This document shows, in pieces, positions 16,748 through 26,873 of a DNA stretch of 64,000 nucleotides. Position 1 is the stretch's first letter; every line of letters begins with the position of its first letter. The notes under the pieces were generated by a model. That model was not told the origin of the DNA. It was given only the letters and a program-made list of their open reading frames with translations, and did no database searches. Source of the stretch: a bacterium (GTDB lineage: Bacteria > DUMJ01); contig JBMFOH010000001.1 in the NCBI GenBank assembly GCA_049969715.1, forward strand, positions 4,232 to 68,231, read 5' to 3'. Both the position numbers and the translations under genes were made by a program.

Positions 16748-18309
16748 TAGAGACACTTGAACTAAACGAACAATTTAAAAAAGCCCTTGATTTGATGGAA
16801 AATACTAATAAGAGTGTATTTATTACAGGGAAAGCTGGGACAGGAAAATCCACCCTTTTAAATTATTTTCGTTCTATTACTAAAAAGGATATTGTGGTTT
16901 TGGCACCTACAGGGGTGGCAGCAATAAATATAGGAGGAGAGACTATCCATTCCTTCTTTGGATTTAAACCAAATGTTACTATCCAGAATATTAAGAAGCT
17001 TCCCTCTACTCAGGCTAAGATCTATAAAGAGTTAGATACCATTATAATTGATGAAGTCTCTATGGTGAGGGCAGACCTCTTGGATTGTATAGACTACTTT
17101 TTACGCTTAAATGGCAAGAAGAAGAGGAAACCTTTTGGCGGTATCCAGATGGTCTTTATTGGGGACCTATATCAGCTTCCCCCTGTAGTCACATCTCTAG
17201 AGAAGGAACTCTTTACTAAGCGATATAGAAGCCAATATTTTTTTGATGCAGATGTTATGAATGAGCTCCAGATGGAATTTATTGAGTTAGAAAAGGTATA
17301 TAGACAGAAGGATGAAAGGTTTATTACCCTTCTCAATGAGATAAGGAATAATACAGTAACTGAAGGAAGTTTAGCCCTTTTAAATAGTAGAGTAGGAGCA
17401 GAGTTTAAAGATGATTCAGGTTATGTTGTTTATCTTGCCCCTTTAAATGAGACAGTAAATAGGATAAACAAGGAAAAACTTGATAGTCTAAAGGGGAAGT
17501 TGTACATATGGGAGGCGGAGATAAAAGGAGATGTAGATGAAAACTCCTGCCCTGGAGACCCTGTGCTTTTTCTTAAGAAAGGGGCACAAATTATGATGCT
17601 AAATAATGATAATAAGGGAAGGTGGGTGAACGGGTCTATTGGAATGGTTGTAGGGATAGAATCTAGAGATCGAGGGAAAGATATAATTGAGGTTCAATTC
17701 CCCGATGGTAGGGTTGAAGAAGTCCTTCCATACACTTGGGAGGTATTTCACTATAGATACAATGATGTGAAGAAGATGATAGAGACAGAATCAATAGGTT
17801 CTTTTACTCAGTATCCTCTAAAACTTGCATGGGCAGTTACTATCCATAAGAGTCAAGGTAAAACCTTTGATAAGGTTATAATTGACCTAGGAAGAGGAGT
17901 CTTTGCCCCTGGACAGGTATACGTAGCCCTAAGTAGATGTACATCATTTGAAGGTATTATACTCAAAAAGCCCATAAAGAAGGGTCATATCCACCTAGAT
18001 AGGAGGATTGTAGAGTTCCTTACTAGATTTCAGTATAGCATCTCGGAAAGGGATATGCCTCTGAAAGAAAAGATAGAATTGATAGAAAAAGCATTAAGAG
18101 AAGACCTCTATCTATCTATAGTATATCTAAAGCCTAACGATGAAAAGTCAAGAAGGATTATAAAGCCGTATGAGATAGGGAATTTTTCCTACAATGGCAA
18201 AGAGTTCCTAGGCCTTTCTGCATACTGTACAAAGAGAAAGGATGCTAGGATCTTTAGACTGGATAGGATCCTAGAGATAAGGTTAGTTAAGGGTAGTGAT
18301 ATACAATAA
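16744..18309 (+). CDS. PIF1/RecD-like SF1B DNA helicase with C-terminal WYL domain
   Basis: 521 aa. Walker A GKAGTGKST, Walker B IIIDEVSMV, GDLYQLPPV, C-terminal VALSRCTS. The last ~80 aa (LGLSAYCTKRKDARIFRLDRILEI) match the WYL pattern. Confidence 0.8.
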   Translation: MIETLELNEQFKKALDLMENTNKSVFITGKAGTGKSTLLNYFRSITKKDIVVLAPTGVAAINIGGETIHSFFGFKPNVTIQNIKKLPSTQAKIYKELDTIIIDEVSMVRADLLDCIDYFLRLNGKKKRKPFGGIQMVFIGDLYQLPPVVTSLEKELFTKRYRSQYFFDADVMNELQMEFIELEKVYRQKDERFITLLNEIRNNTVTEGSLALLNSRVGAEFKDDSGYVVYLAPLNETVNRINKEKLDSLKGKLYIWEAEIKGDVDENSCPGDPVLFLKKGAQIMMLNNDNKGRWVNGSIGMVVGIESRDRGKDIIEVQFPDGRVEEVLPYTWEVFHYRYNDVKKMIETESIGSFTQYPLKLAWAVTIHKSQGKTFDKVIIDLGRGVFAPGQVYVALSRCTSFEGIILKKPIKKGHIHLDRRIVEFLTRFQYSISERDMPLKEKIELIEKALREDLYLSIVYLKPNDEKSRRIIKPYEIGNFSYNGKEFLGLSAYCTKRKDARIFRLDRILEIRLVKGSDIQ

Positions 18310-18317
18310 TTTGTTCT

Positions 18318-19598
18318 CTAAAAATCTTTTTTAGATACCCATAGGCCCAAGGCAGGATTCTTTATAAAATAGAATTCCTCTCCATCTTCTGTTAGGTTAA
18401 ACCCTTCTTTAATCTTTTCAGGATTATATCTCCTGTAAGCTCTCTCTAACGGCATATACTTGTAATTCGCACCCTCTATCTCTTTTCTACTAAGCTTATT
18501 CACTGCATACGTAATTGTAAATCTCCCATCTGAAGAGCCATGTATGAGGTGTGCAGTTACTGATTGATTCTCCTGAAGCCCCCTATCTTCTTTAAATAAT
18601 CCTATGATCTTTTCTCTTCCTATATAGCCATATCTTCTTATAATAGTATCATTCCCTTTATCTTCTCCGAACTGTCTCACCCCAGGAGCAATTATAATAA
18701 GTTCGCCCCCATTTTTTATGGCAAGTTTTGTCCTATATATTGCTTTGTTTCCCAACCAGGTACTTTTGAATTCTTGTTCCTCTAGAAAGACAACAATTCT
18801 TTCTAGAGGCTTTTCTACAAAGGTTACGTTCTTCTCTAAACTGAGTCTTGCCGCTTCTTCAAAAGTCTTTCTCCCTCCCCCTATAAAGATTCCCCACAGA
18901 TTGGCGGAATTTCCTACTTGAGTGGTAACGGTAAGGATATACAAGATTGGGATCTCATTTAAAAGATTCTCCTCTGCATAATCAAGGACCTTTCTTACAG
19001 GATTATCTATCCTTCCGAGTATCCTTTCCATACCGTAGAAGGCACCTAAGAGGTGTGTCTTATCTATAGTTCTTTTCCCTCCACAGCCAACAAGGACATT
19101 CTTTGTATAGTTAGCCATGCCACTCACTTCATGGGGAACAACCTGACCTATAGAGATAATGAGGTCATAATTTTTATCTAAGAGTTTTTTATTTATATCT
19201 ACCTCTATAGCTTCATCAAATATTCCATCTGAAACGCTTCTAACAAAGTCCTTTGGAATCTTTCCTATATTTATTACATCTTCTCTCCAGTTATGAACTA
19301 TAAAACTCTCATTAGGTATAAACCTGCTAAACATTGATAGTTGTTCTTCTTTTGTCATTGGCATATGTGTCCCAAGGGCAGGCATTATATCTATCTTGCA
19401 ACTATTCTTAAGTAGCTCGTAAAGTATTGAGGTTATATTTCCTGCCATCGAATATCTCCTAGTTATATCTGGAGGGAGTATGAGAATCTTCTTTAGCGGT
19501 CTGTATTTCTCAATAGTAGCTTCTACTATTTCTATTAGTTCCTTTTCATTTATTCCTTTTTCCTTATCACTCCGGCATATCTCTAGCATTTCTATCAC
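18318..19598 (-). CDS. larA: LarA-family nickel-pincer-dependent 2-hydroxyacid racemase/epimerase (DUF2088)
   Basis: 426 aa. ALGTH(78), VVPH(156)EVSGMANYTK(166), DKTH(182). The H-10-K-16-H spacing equals that of the catalytic His, NPN-tethering Lys and Ni-binding His of L. plantarum LarA (174/184/200). Confidence 0.75.
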   Translation of the reverse strand: MIEMLEICRSDKEKGINEKELIEIVEATIEKYRPLKKILILPPDITRRYSMAGNITSILYELLKNSCKIDIMPALGTHMPMTKEEQLSMFSRFIPNESFIVHNWREDVINIGKIPKDFVRSVSDGIFDEAIEVDINKKLLDKNYDLIISIGQVVPHEVSGMANYTKNVLVGCGGKRTIDKTHLLGAFYGMERILGRIDNPVRKVLDYAEENLLNEIPILYILTVTTQVGNSANLWGIFIGGGRKTFEEAARLSLEKNVTFVEKPLERIVVFLEEQEFKSTWLGNKAIYRTKLAIKNGGELIIIAPGVRQFGEDKGNDTIIRRYGYIGREKIIGLFKEDRGLQENQSVTAHLIHGSSDGRFTITYAVNKLSRKEIEGANYKYMPLERAYRRYNPEKIKEGFNLTEDGEEFYFIKNPALGLWVSKKDF

Positions 19599-20543
19599 CT
19601 AAACAACTATGTTATCTGGTACCTCTCCATGTAGTATCTTTAAGATATTCCTCGCACATACCATACTTACTGAATTTACGGTTTCTTTTGAATACATCCC
19701 TATATGGGGAAGCACTATAACATTATCTAAAGAGATCAAAAGGTCTTTTACATGGGAATTCTTGTCTATGACATCTAGACCTACACCGCTGAGATGTCCT
19801 TCTTTTAAATATTTATATAGAGCGGACTCATTTACTATCTCTTCTCTAGCAGTGTTTATGATAAAGCTTCCCTTTTTCATCATCGCAATCTCCCTATCAC
19901 CTATTAGTCCTTTAGTCTGGCTAGTAAGAGGTGTGTGAATAGTCAAAAAATCTACATTTTTTAAGAGGTCTTCTAAAGAGACTAATCTTACAAATGAAAA
20001 TTCTTCCGAAAGTTTCTCTATATAGGGGTCATATGCGAGTACTTCCATATCAAAACCCCTAGCCCTCTTGGCAACCCTTTTACCTATAGCACCAAATCCT
20101 ATTATCCCCAAGGTTTTTTGATGTACATCTACGCCTATAAGTGGCTCCCAGATGCCATTCTTAACCCTTTGTGATGAAGCAGATATCCTTCTGGCAAGGT
20201 CTATTATAAGGCCAAAAGCTAGGTCAGCAACTGCCTCAGAATTCATAGAAGGAACATTTGTAACCCTTATACCAGACTCCCTGGCTCTTTCTAGGTCGAT
20301 ATTATCTGTCCCTACCCCATGTTTGCATATTATCTTTAGATTCTTTGCCTTTTCTAGCATCCTTTGAGTGATCTTATCATTTCCCACTATAATGGCATCA
20401 TATCTATCAATAATCTCCAATATATCTTCTTCTTTTGGTTCAGTGAGAAAGTCTATTTGGATTCCATTTTCCCTAAGTAGACTAACAGGCTCTTCATTTA
20501 TTCTCCCAAAAGACCTCGATGTAACAAGGACCTTCCAACACAT
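19599..20543 (-). CDS. D-isomer-specific 2-hydroxyacid dehydrogenase (PGDH/GyaR-like)
   Basis: Rossmann motif GIIGFGAIGKRVAKRA, catalytic-region PHIGMYSKE. ATG at 20543 follows a GGAGG RBS. The track ORF begins at 20567. Confidence 0.85.
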   Translation of the reverse strand: MCWKVLVTSRSFGRINEEPVSLLRENGIQIDFLTEPKEEDILEIIDRYDAIIVGNDKITQRMLEKAKNLKIICKHGVGTDNIDLERARESGIRVTNVPSMNSEAVADLAFGLIIDLARRISASSQRVKNGIWEPLIGVDVHQKTLGIIGFGAIGKRVAKRARGFDMEVLAYDPYIEKLSEEFSFVRLVSLEDLLKNVDFLTIHTPLTSQTKGLIGDREIAMMKKGSFIINTAREEIVNESALYKYLKEGHLSGVGLDVIDKNSHVKDLLISLDNVIVLPHIGMYSKETVNSVSMVCARNILKILHGEVPDNIVV

Positions 20544-20661
20544 ACCAAAATACCTCCAAAGATACAAGATTTAGATTAATTATAATTTGATTCCTGGTAT
20601 AATAGAACTCAAATCTAAATAATCTTTAGATGCTTTGATGTTTAAAGGAGGGAGAAGATTT

Positions 20662-21087
20662 ATGGAAGTAATAGATGGAAGACAGTTTTTATTCTGTCGC
20701 ATAGATAGAGAGGAAGACCTACTTAAAAGTATTATAAAGGCTATAGAAGATACTAAGTTAGATACAGGGATTGTGGTTTCTGGGGTGGGTAGCCTTTTAA
20801 AGGCTAGGATTCATATAGTAGCTTCTAATGACTTTCCTCCAGAGGATGACTTTCTAGACTTTGATGGTCCATTAGAGATTGTCTCTTTGCAGGGGATAAT
20901 AGCTAAAGGGGAGCCTCATCTCCATATCTCTATAGTGAATAGAGAGTTCAGATCATTTAGTGGACATCTAGAAGAGGGGTGTCTAATTCTCTCTCTATGC
21001 GAAATAGCTATATTGAAAGTAGAAGATCTAAAATTAGGTAGGACGGTTTTCCAAGGTACAAGGATAGGAAAGCTGATAAAGAGATAG
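20662..21087 (+). CDS. PPC/DUF296-domain protein
   Basis: About 141 aa from the ATG at 20662 (AGGAGGG RBS). The beta-rich pattern LEIVSLQGII...GEPHLHISI resembles PPC (DUF296) domains. Confidence 0.55.
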   Translation: MEVIDGRQFLFCRIDREEDLLKSIIKAIEDTKLDTGIVVSGVGSLLKARIHIVASNDFPPEDDFLDFDGPLEIVSLQGIIAKGEPHLHISIVNREFRSFSGHLEEGCLILSLCEIAILKVEDLKLGRTVFQGTRIGKLIKR

Positions 21088-21116
21088 ATACCCCCTTACT
21101 TTTATAGGTTAGTGTT

Positions 21117-22241
21117 TTAGATAAGGGATATGATTGGGTCTTTTAGAGCTTCCCCTAGGTCCCTTAGGAACATTGCTGCTGGAGCACCATCAACTACCCT
21201 ATGGTCTACTGTAAGACTCAATACTACTTCCTTTGCAATCTTTCCTCCTGGTCTTAGCGCATCTTTGATTCTTCCTATCCCAAGGATAGCTACTTGAGGT
21301 GGATTTAATATTGGTGTAAAGAAATCTATTCCATACATCCCAAGATTAGTGATAGTAAATGTGCCACCAGAAAGTTCATCAGGAAGGAGTTTCCCTTCTC
21401 TTGTCCTAGTTACAAGGTCACTTGTAATCTTAGCTATCTCGAATATATTCTTCTTCTCTGCCTCTTTTACCACTGGAACAAGTAATCCTTCCTTTACTGC
21501 CACCGCTACTCCCATATTTACCGTATCAAATCTAGTAACCCTTTCCCCATCAAAATGGGCATTTAGATTTGGGTACTCTTTTAATACTTTAGAAACAATC
21601 CTTACAAAGAAGTCGTTGATCGTTGGAATAGGGACCTTCATAGCTTCAGCCTTGATTCTTACACCCTCTCTCAATTCTATAATAGAGTCTACTTCTGCAG
21701 TGAATTCTAATGTGATATGTACAGCCTCTCTATAGATCTTGGATAGTTTCTGAGAGATTTCTCTTCTTACAGGAGAAATAATCTCACCAGTTGGAACCAT
21801 TGGTTGAGGCTGGGGAGTTGGTACAGAAACTTCCTTTTTGATAGATTCTGCATACGCTTTTATATCCTCTTCTGTAATCCTCCCACTTGGTCCAGTACCT
21901 TTTACTAAAGATAGATCTATTCCTAATTCCTTAGCTAGTCTCTTTGCTGCTGGAGAAGCCTTAATCTCTTCTACCTGAGAAGACACTTCTTCTATCTTTT
22001 CTCCCTCTTCCCCTATGATAGCTATAGGTTTCAATATAGGAACGACCTCTCCTTCCTTGGCCACAATCTTTAGGATTACCCCATCATATGGGGATTCCAC
22101 CTCCATATTTACCTTATCAGTCATTACCTCTACAATTGGTTCCCCCTTTTCTACTCTATCTCCTTCCTTCTTTATCCATTTTGTTATAGTGCCCTCTTCC
22201 ATTGTCATGCCGAGTTTCGGCATTACAAATTCTTTACTCAT
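21117..22241 (-). CDS. 2-oxoacid dehydrogenase complex E2, dihydrolipoamide acyltransferase
   Basis: Single lipoyl domain (VMTDKVNMEVESP), E3/E1-binding domain (ASPAAKRLAKELGIDL), catalytic DHRVVDGA. Confidence 0.9.
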   Translation of the reverse strand: MSKEFVMPKLGMTMEEGTITKWIKKEGDRVEKGEPIVEVMTDKVNMEVESPYDGVILKIVAKEGEVVPILKPIAIIGEEGEKIEEVSSQVEEIKASPAAKRLAKELGIDLSLVKGTGPSGRITEEDIKAYAESIKKEVSVPTPQPQPMVPTGEIISPVRREISQKLSKIYREAVHITLEFTAEVDSIIELREGVRIKAEAMKVPIPTINDFFVRIVSKVLKEYPNLNAHFDGERVTRFDTVNMGVAVAVKEGLLVPVVKEAEKKNIFEIAKITSDLVTRTREGKLLPDELSGGTFTITNLGMYGIDFFTPILNPPQVAILGIGRIKDALRPGGKIAKEVVLSLTVDHRVVDGAPAAMFLRDLGEALKDPIISLI

Positions 22242-22253
22242 AGTACCCTCCTA

Positions 22254-23225
22254 TTAGATAATCTCTTTAACTGCAGCGATAATATCTTTTTCTTGGGGGA
22301 TAAATTCATCCTCTAGTGGTCTAGAATAGGGGACAGGTGTGTCTGGAGCAGTAACCCTTATAATTGGAGCATCGAGATAATCAAAGGCATTCTCTACAAG
22401 TGTTGCTACTACCTCTGCGCCGAATCCATTAGTCTTTACCGCCTCATGAGCTACTATCACGTGCTTTGTCTTCTTTACTGATCTTACTAGGGTATCTATA
22501 TCTAAAGGTTTTAATGTTCTAGGGTCAACAACCTCTAGACTTATCCCTTCTTTTTCCAGCTCTTTTGCTGCATTCAAAGCCTTATGGACTATCATCGCTG
22601 TAGCAATTACTGTAACGTCCTTTCCTTCTCTCTTTATATCTGCCACACCAAGTGGGATCGTATATTCTTCCTCTGGTACAGGTCCTTTAAAGTTATAGAG
22701 CATCTTATGTTCTAAAAATACTACAGGATTATCGTCATTTATACTTGATTTTAGTAGCCCTTTGGCATCATAAGGTGTAGATGGCATAACTACCTTTAAC
22801 CCTGGAACGTGGACAAAGAATGCTTCTAAAGATTGGCTATGCTGGGCAGCATTTCCTCTTCCTGCTCCGCAGGGAGCCCTTAATACCATAGGGACCTTCG
22901 CCTTCCCTCCAAACATATATCTTATTTTAGCTGCCTGGTTTATAAGTTGGTCCATACCAATAGTGGCAAAGTCTACATACATAAGTTCAGCTATAGGCCT
23001 CATACCAGTAACTGCTGCTCCGGTAGCTGTTCCTACTATAGCTGCCTCAGATATTGGTGTATCCTTTATCCTATCTGGTCCAAATTCAGCAAGCATTCCT
23101 CTTGTTACACCAAAAGCTCCTCCATATACCCCTACATCTTCCCCCATAACAAAGACCCTAGGGTCCTTCCTCATCTCTTCACTCATTGCTTCTCTTATAG
23201 CTTCTGCAAATGTAATTTCTCTCAT
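22254..23225 (-). CDS. 2-oxoacid dehydrogenase E1 component beta subunit
   Basis: 323 aa. Transketolase-like pyrimidine-binding and C-terminal domains ([31 protein letters not shown]). Confidence 0.9.
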   Translation of the reverse strand: MREITFAEAIREAMSEEMRKDPRVFVMGEDVGVYGGAFGVTRGMLAEFGPDRIKDTPISEAAIVGTATGAAVTGMRPIAELMYVDFATIGMDQLINQAAKIRYMFGGKAKVPMVLRAPCGAGRGNAAQHSQSLEAFFVHVPGLKVVMPSTPYDAKGLLKSSINDDNPVVFLEHKMLYNFKGPVPEEEYTIPLGVADIKREGKDVTVIATAMIVHKALNAAKELEKEGISLEVVDPRTLKPLDIDTLVRSVKKTKHVIVAHEAVKTNGFGAEVVATLVENAFDYLDAPIIRVTAPDTPVPYSRPLEDEFIPQEKDIIAAVKEII

Positions 23226-23239
23226 CTTTTTACACCTCT

Positions 23240-24211
23240 TTATGCATAGACATCTTCGGTTAAATCTTCTAGGTCTGGGAATGGGCTCTGTTTAGCAAAT
23301 TCTACTGCCTCATTGAGGTCATTTTCTACCTTCTTTTCAAGTTCTTTGTAGTTTTCCTCACTGAGAGTACCCTCGGAGATCAATCGCTCTCTAAATCTCT
23401 TGATTGGGCATTTTTCTCTCCATTCAGCCTCTTCTTCTCTTGTCCTATATGCCCTGGCATCACTACGAGAGTGTCCTCTCCATCTATATGTCTGAGACTC
23501 TATAAGGATAGGACCTTTACCTTTCCTAGCCTCTTCCACTGCCCAACTTACAGTATCATACACTGCTATTACATCATTTCCATCTACTACTACTCCTGGG
23601 ATGTTATAAGCCTTTGCTCTATCTGCCAGCTTCTCTAACCTTGTTGCCTTATTTATAGCCATAGACATACCGTAGAGGTTATTCTCTATAATATATATCA
23701 CTGGAAGGTTCCATATAGATGCAAGGTTTATAGACTCATGGAAAGATCCTTGATTGATTGCTCCGTCTCCAAAGAAACATACTACTACCTGTCCTGTTCC
23801 TCTCATCTTTATCGAAAGCCCTGCTCCTGTAGCTATTGGGATTCCTCCACCGACAACCCCATTTGCTCCGAGTATACCTATGTTTATATCTGCTATATGC
23901 ATAGAACCACCTTTACCTTTACAGTAGCCTGTCTTTCTTCCTAGGAGCTCTGCCATCATATATTTGACATCTCCTCCCTTAGCTATGCAGTGCCCATGCC
24001 CTCGGTGAGTGCTAGTAATATAATCATCCCTATTGAGAGCCTTGCAGGCACCAACTGCTGTTGCCTCTTCTCCAATATATAGGTGTGTACTTCCGTGTAT
24101 AAGGTTTAAGGAGAAGAGTTCTTCCACCTTTTCTTCGAATCCTCTTATCAGCATCATTTTATAGAGCATCTCAAGCTTATCATCCTTTGTAAGCTTCTCT
24201 GAATAACTCAT
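23240..24211 (-). CDS. 2-oxoacid dehydrogenase E1 component alpha subunit (TPP-dependent)
   Basis: 323 aa. TPP-binding motif [31 protein letters not shown]. Confidence 0.9.
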   Translation of the reverse strand: MSYSEKLTKDDKLEMLYKMMLIRGFEEKVEELFSLNLIHGSTHLYIGEEATAVGACKALNRDDYITSTHRGHGHCIAKGGDVKYMMAELLGRKTGYCKGKGGSMHIADINIGILGANGVVGGGIPIATGAGLSIKMRGTGQVVVCFFGDGAINQGSFHESINLASIWNLPVIYIIENNLYGMSMAINKATRLEKLADRAKAYNIPGVVVDGNDVIAVYDTVSWAVEEARKGKGPILIESQTYRWRGHSRSDARAYRTREEEAEWREKCPIKRFRERLISEGTLSEENYKELEKKVENDLNEAVEFAKQSPFPDLEDLTEDVYA

Positions 24212-25200
24212 AGGTTACCTCCTACCTGTAAGATTTCTCTCGCAACTAACTCGTCCACAACTAAGCCTTTCAAGATATTCATCCTTAATGCACCTAATAT
24301 TGCGTTTGTCTTATTATTACCTCCTGCTACCCCTATTACGTAGGGAATATTCTTTAGGTCTTCAAGACCTAATCCTATAATCCTTTCATCTAAAGAAGAT
24401 GGTATCATCCTTCCATCTATATCATAGAATCTCCCAAGGATATCTCCTACTCCCCCTCTTTTTTCTATCTCTATCAGTTCAGCTTCCGAGACACATCCTG
24501 AACGGAAAAGTATAGAGTCTTTCCCTAAGGCTCCTATCCCTACAAGGGCTAACTCTGAACTACGTGCTAGAGATAATACCTCTTTTATATGACTTTCATT
24601 AAGTATAAGCTTCCTTATCTCAGGATTATCTACTACCATAGGTGCCCTAAGTATATAGGCATCCCCATTAAATTTGGTTGCAAGTATCTTGGCTAATTCA
24701 TCTGCATAGATAGAGGAATTTACTGGGTTCATTCCTCCTACAAGTTGCACTACCTTTAGCTCAGAGGGGGAATGTTCTTGAGGGAGACTGTTTATAACTT
24801 CATACAGTGTGGAACCCCAAGAAACACCGAGAACCTTTATCCCCTGTATCCTTCTTCTTAATAGAGCTGCTCCTCCAATACCTAGATTCTGTTTTAGAGA
24901 GGTATCACTCTCTCCAGAAGAGACAACTACAACCTCTTCTAGAGAGAATAGTTTTTCTAGTTCATCCTCCAACTGAGGGAATACCTGCCCTGGTAGCTCT
25001 AATTTTATAGATACTATGCCGGAGTCTCTAGCATAACTCAAAAATCTAGAAACGGTAGGACGAGAGAGACCTAATTTTTTTGCTATCTCCTCTTGAGTCT
25101 TCCTCTCTATATAGTATAGCAGAGCTACCTTAGAAACATTATGTATATATTCCCAGTCTTTCATATTAATAATTCTACTACAACCTTGCCATAGTTTCAA
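24208..25200 (-). CDS. SorC/DeoR-family sugar-binding transcriptional regulator
   Basis: N-terminal HTH QEEIAKKLGLSRPTVSRFL plus a C-terminal sugar-phosphate-binding-like domain. TTG at 25200 or ATG at 25164 as start. 4-nt overlap with E1 alpha. Confidence 0.8.
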   Translation of the reverse strand: MKLWQGCSRIINMKDWEYIHNVSKVALLYYIERKTQEEIAKKLGLSRPTVSRFLSYARDSGIVSIKLELPGQVFPQLEDELEKLFSLEEVVVVSSGESDTSLKQNLGIGGAALLRRRIQGIKVLGVSWGSTLYEVINSLPQEHSPSELKVVQLVGGMNPVNSSIYADELAKILATKFNGDAYILRAPMVVDNPEIRKLILNESHIKEVLSLARSSELALVGIGALGKDSILFRSGCVSEAELIEIEKRGGVGDILGRFYDIDGRMIPSSLDERIIGLGLEDLKNIPYVIGVAGGNNKTNAILGALRMNILKGLVVDELVAREILQVGGNL

Positions 25201-25277
25201 GTATTGAAATTATGTTCATTGTAATCTTATCCTCCAATTTGACATCACTAGACTTTATAATTATAATTGAAAAGGAT

Positions 25278-25877
25278 ATGAAGACAACTATATTTCTTGT
25301 ACGCCACGGAGAGAGTATATATGGTGAAGAGAGACTCTGTGGATGGAGTGATGTTCCTCTTTCGGATACTGGTAGAGAACAGGCGCGAACTTTGGCTTTG
25401 AGACTGAGAGGAACTGATCTCCAGAGGATTTTATGTAGTGATAGAGAACGTACTATAGAAACAGCTAACATTATAAATACATACCATAAGCTCCCTATAG
25501 AAATTATCCCAGAGATAAGAGAGTTAAATTATGGATTATGGGAGGGTAAAAGTTGGGAAGAGATAGAAGAAGAGTTTCCAGAAGAATATAGTGCTTGGAG
25601 AAGAGATAACACCTTGGCTACTCCCCAAGGAGAATCCCCTATAGAAGTATACTCCAGGGTAAAACTAGCGATTGATAAGATAGTATCCAAATTTTCAGGA
25701 GAAAACATCCTTATAGTAGCCCATAAATCGGTGAATAGGATTCTAATCTGTAAGATACTTGGTGGAGATTTAAGAAACTACAGAATTATAGGACAGGATA
25801 ACTGCGCATTAAATATAATAAGATATCACGATGGATTTCCGGTGATAGAAAGAATAAATGATACAGGAGTGGTATAG
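25278..25877 (+). CDS. Histidine phosphatase (phosphoglycerate mutase family)
   Basis: RHG motif LVRHGES near the N-terminus when started at ATG 25278 (RBS AAAGGA). The track ORF at 25212 is probably over-extended. Confidence 0.85.
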   Translation: MKTTIFLVRHGESIYGEERLCGWSDVPLSDTGREQARTLALRLRGTDLQRILCSDRERTIETANIINTYHKLPIEIIPEIRELNYGLWEGKSWEEIEEEFPEEYSAWRRDNTLATPQGESPIEVYSRVKLAIDKIVSKFSGENILIVAHKSVNRILICKILGGDLRNYRIIGQDNCALNIIRYHDGFPVIERINDTGVV

Positions 25878-25880
25878 AAG

Positions 25881-26828
25881 ATGGATAAGATTATAGGTAT
25901 AGATATTGGAGGAACAAAGATAGCAATTGGACGTGCTGATATAGAAGGCAACCTAGAAGAGTCTCTTAGATTCGCAACAAATGTATCACGTGGATATAAG
26001 ATGATCTTGGAAGAGATAATAGAAAAGACTAAGGAGCTATTTAAAGGACAGTCTATAAAGGCTATTGGTATTGGGTGTGGGGGACCGCTAGATTCTAAAA
26101 AGGGAAGGATCCTCTCTCCTCCCAATCTTCCTGGCTGGGATGATGTTCCAATAGTAAAGGATATAGAGAGTGTATTTGATGTTCCTGTATATCTTGAGAA
26201 TGATGCCAATGCTGCTGCATTAGGTGAGTTTCATTTTGGCGCTGGAAGAAATGTAAATAATATGGTGTATTTAACATTAAGTACAGGTATAGGGGGAGGA
26301 ATAATAGTTAATAATAAATTAGTACATGGGGTAAGAGATAGTGGAGGAGAGGTTGGACATCAGACTGTACTTCCAGATGGTCCTCTCTGTAATTGTGGTA
26401 ACAGAGGGTGTCTAGAAGCTATATCTAGTGGTACTGGAATAACAAAAAGGTTTAAAGAGAAGCTCATCTTAGGGGGAGACTCTCTTGTAAAGAGTTGGAT
26501 AAAAGATATGTCTGAGATAGATGCGAAGATGATAGCTGATGCTGCAAAGTTAGGAGATGCACTGGCAAAAGAGGTTTGGGATGAGGCTATTTATTATCTT
26601 GGAATAGGCATATCAAATATAATTACAATATTAAGCCCAGAGATGGTTGTTTTAGGGGGAAGTCTTACAAAGTATGGAGAAAGCCTCTTCATAAGGGTAA
26701 AGGAAATAGTAAAAGAAAGGGTTAAACTTGTACCAGTAGAGGAAATACCTATAGTTCAGGCAGAATTAGGAGATAATGTTGGAATTTTAGGAGCTGTAGC
26801 AGTAGGGCTCCTCGGAGAAGAGAGGTAA
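25881..26828 (+). CDS. ROK-family glucokinase
   Basis: IGIDIGGTKIAIG ATP-binding N-terminus. ROK zinc motif GHQTV...CNCGNRGCLEA. Confidence 0.85.
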   Translation: MDKIIGIDIGGTKIAIGRADIEGNLEESLRFATNVSRGYKMILEEIIEKTKELFKGQSIKAIGIGCGGPLDSKKGRILSPPNLPGWDDVPIVKDIESVFDVPVYLENDANAAALGEFHFGAGRNVNNMVYLTLSTGIGGGIIVNNKLVHGVRDSGGEVGHQTVLPDGPLCNCGNRGCLEAISSGTGITKRFKEKLILGGDSLVKSWIKDMSEIDAKMIADAAKLGDALAKEVWDEAIYYLGIGISNIITILSPEMVVLGGSLTKYGESLFIRVKEIVKERVKLVPVEEIPIVQAELGDNVGILGAVAVGLLGEER

Positions 26829-26873
26829 ATTTTTGGGAGAGTTTAAGAAGATACCATAGGTTCTATCTCAGAA

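Noticed and set aside
21349-23295. Plus-strand ORFs of 80-128 aa (21349-21735, 22015-22257, 22947-23249, 22963-23295) opposite the E2/E1 genes. Similar antisense ORFs lie opposite LarA, the 2-HADH, rsmI, GH4 and others.
   Set aside because: They are shadow ORFs antisense to strongly supported conserved genes. Their products are low-complexity S/T/P/I-rich with no start context.
25178-25471. ORF 25178-25471(-), and the 5' extensions of track ORFs at 25212, 20635, 20567, 14632, 29789, 30349, 38811 and 50809.
   Set aside because: Internal ATGs preceded by clear Shine-Dalgarno sequences coincide with the conserved N-termini of the respective families. The extensions overlap neighbouring genes or promoters.
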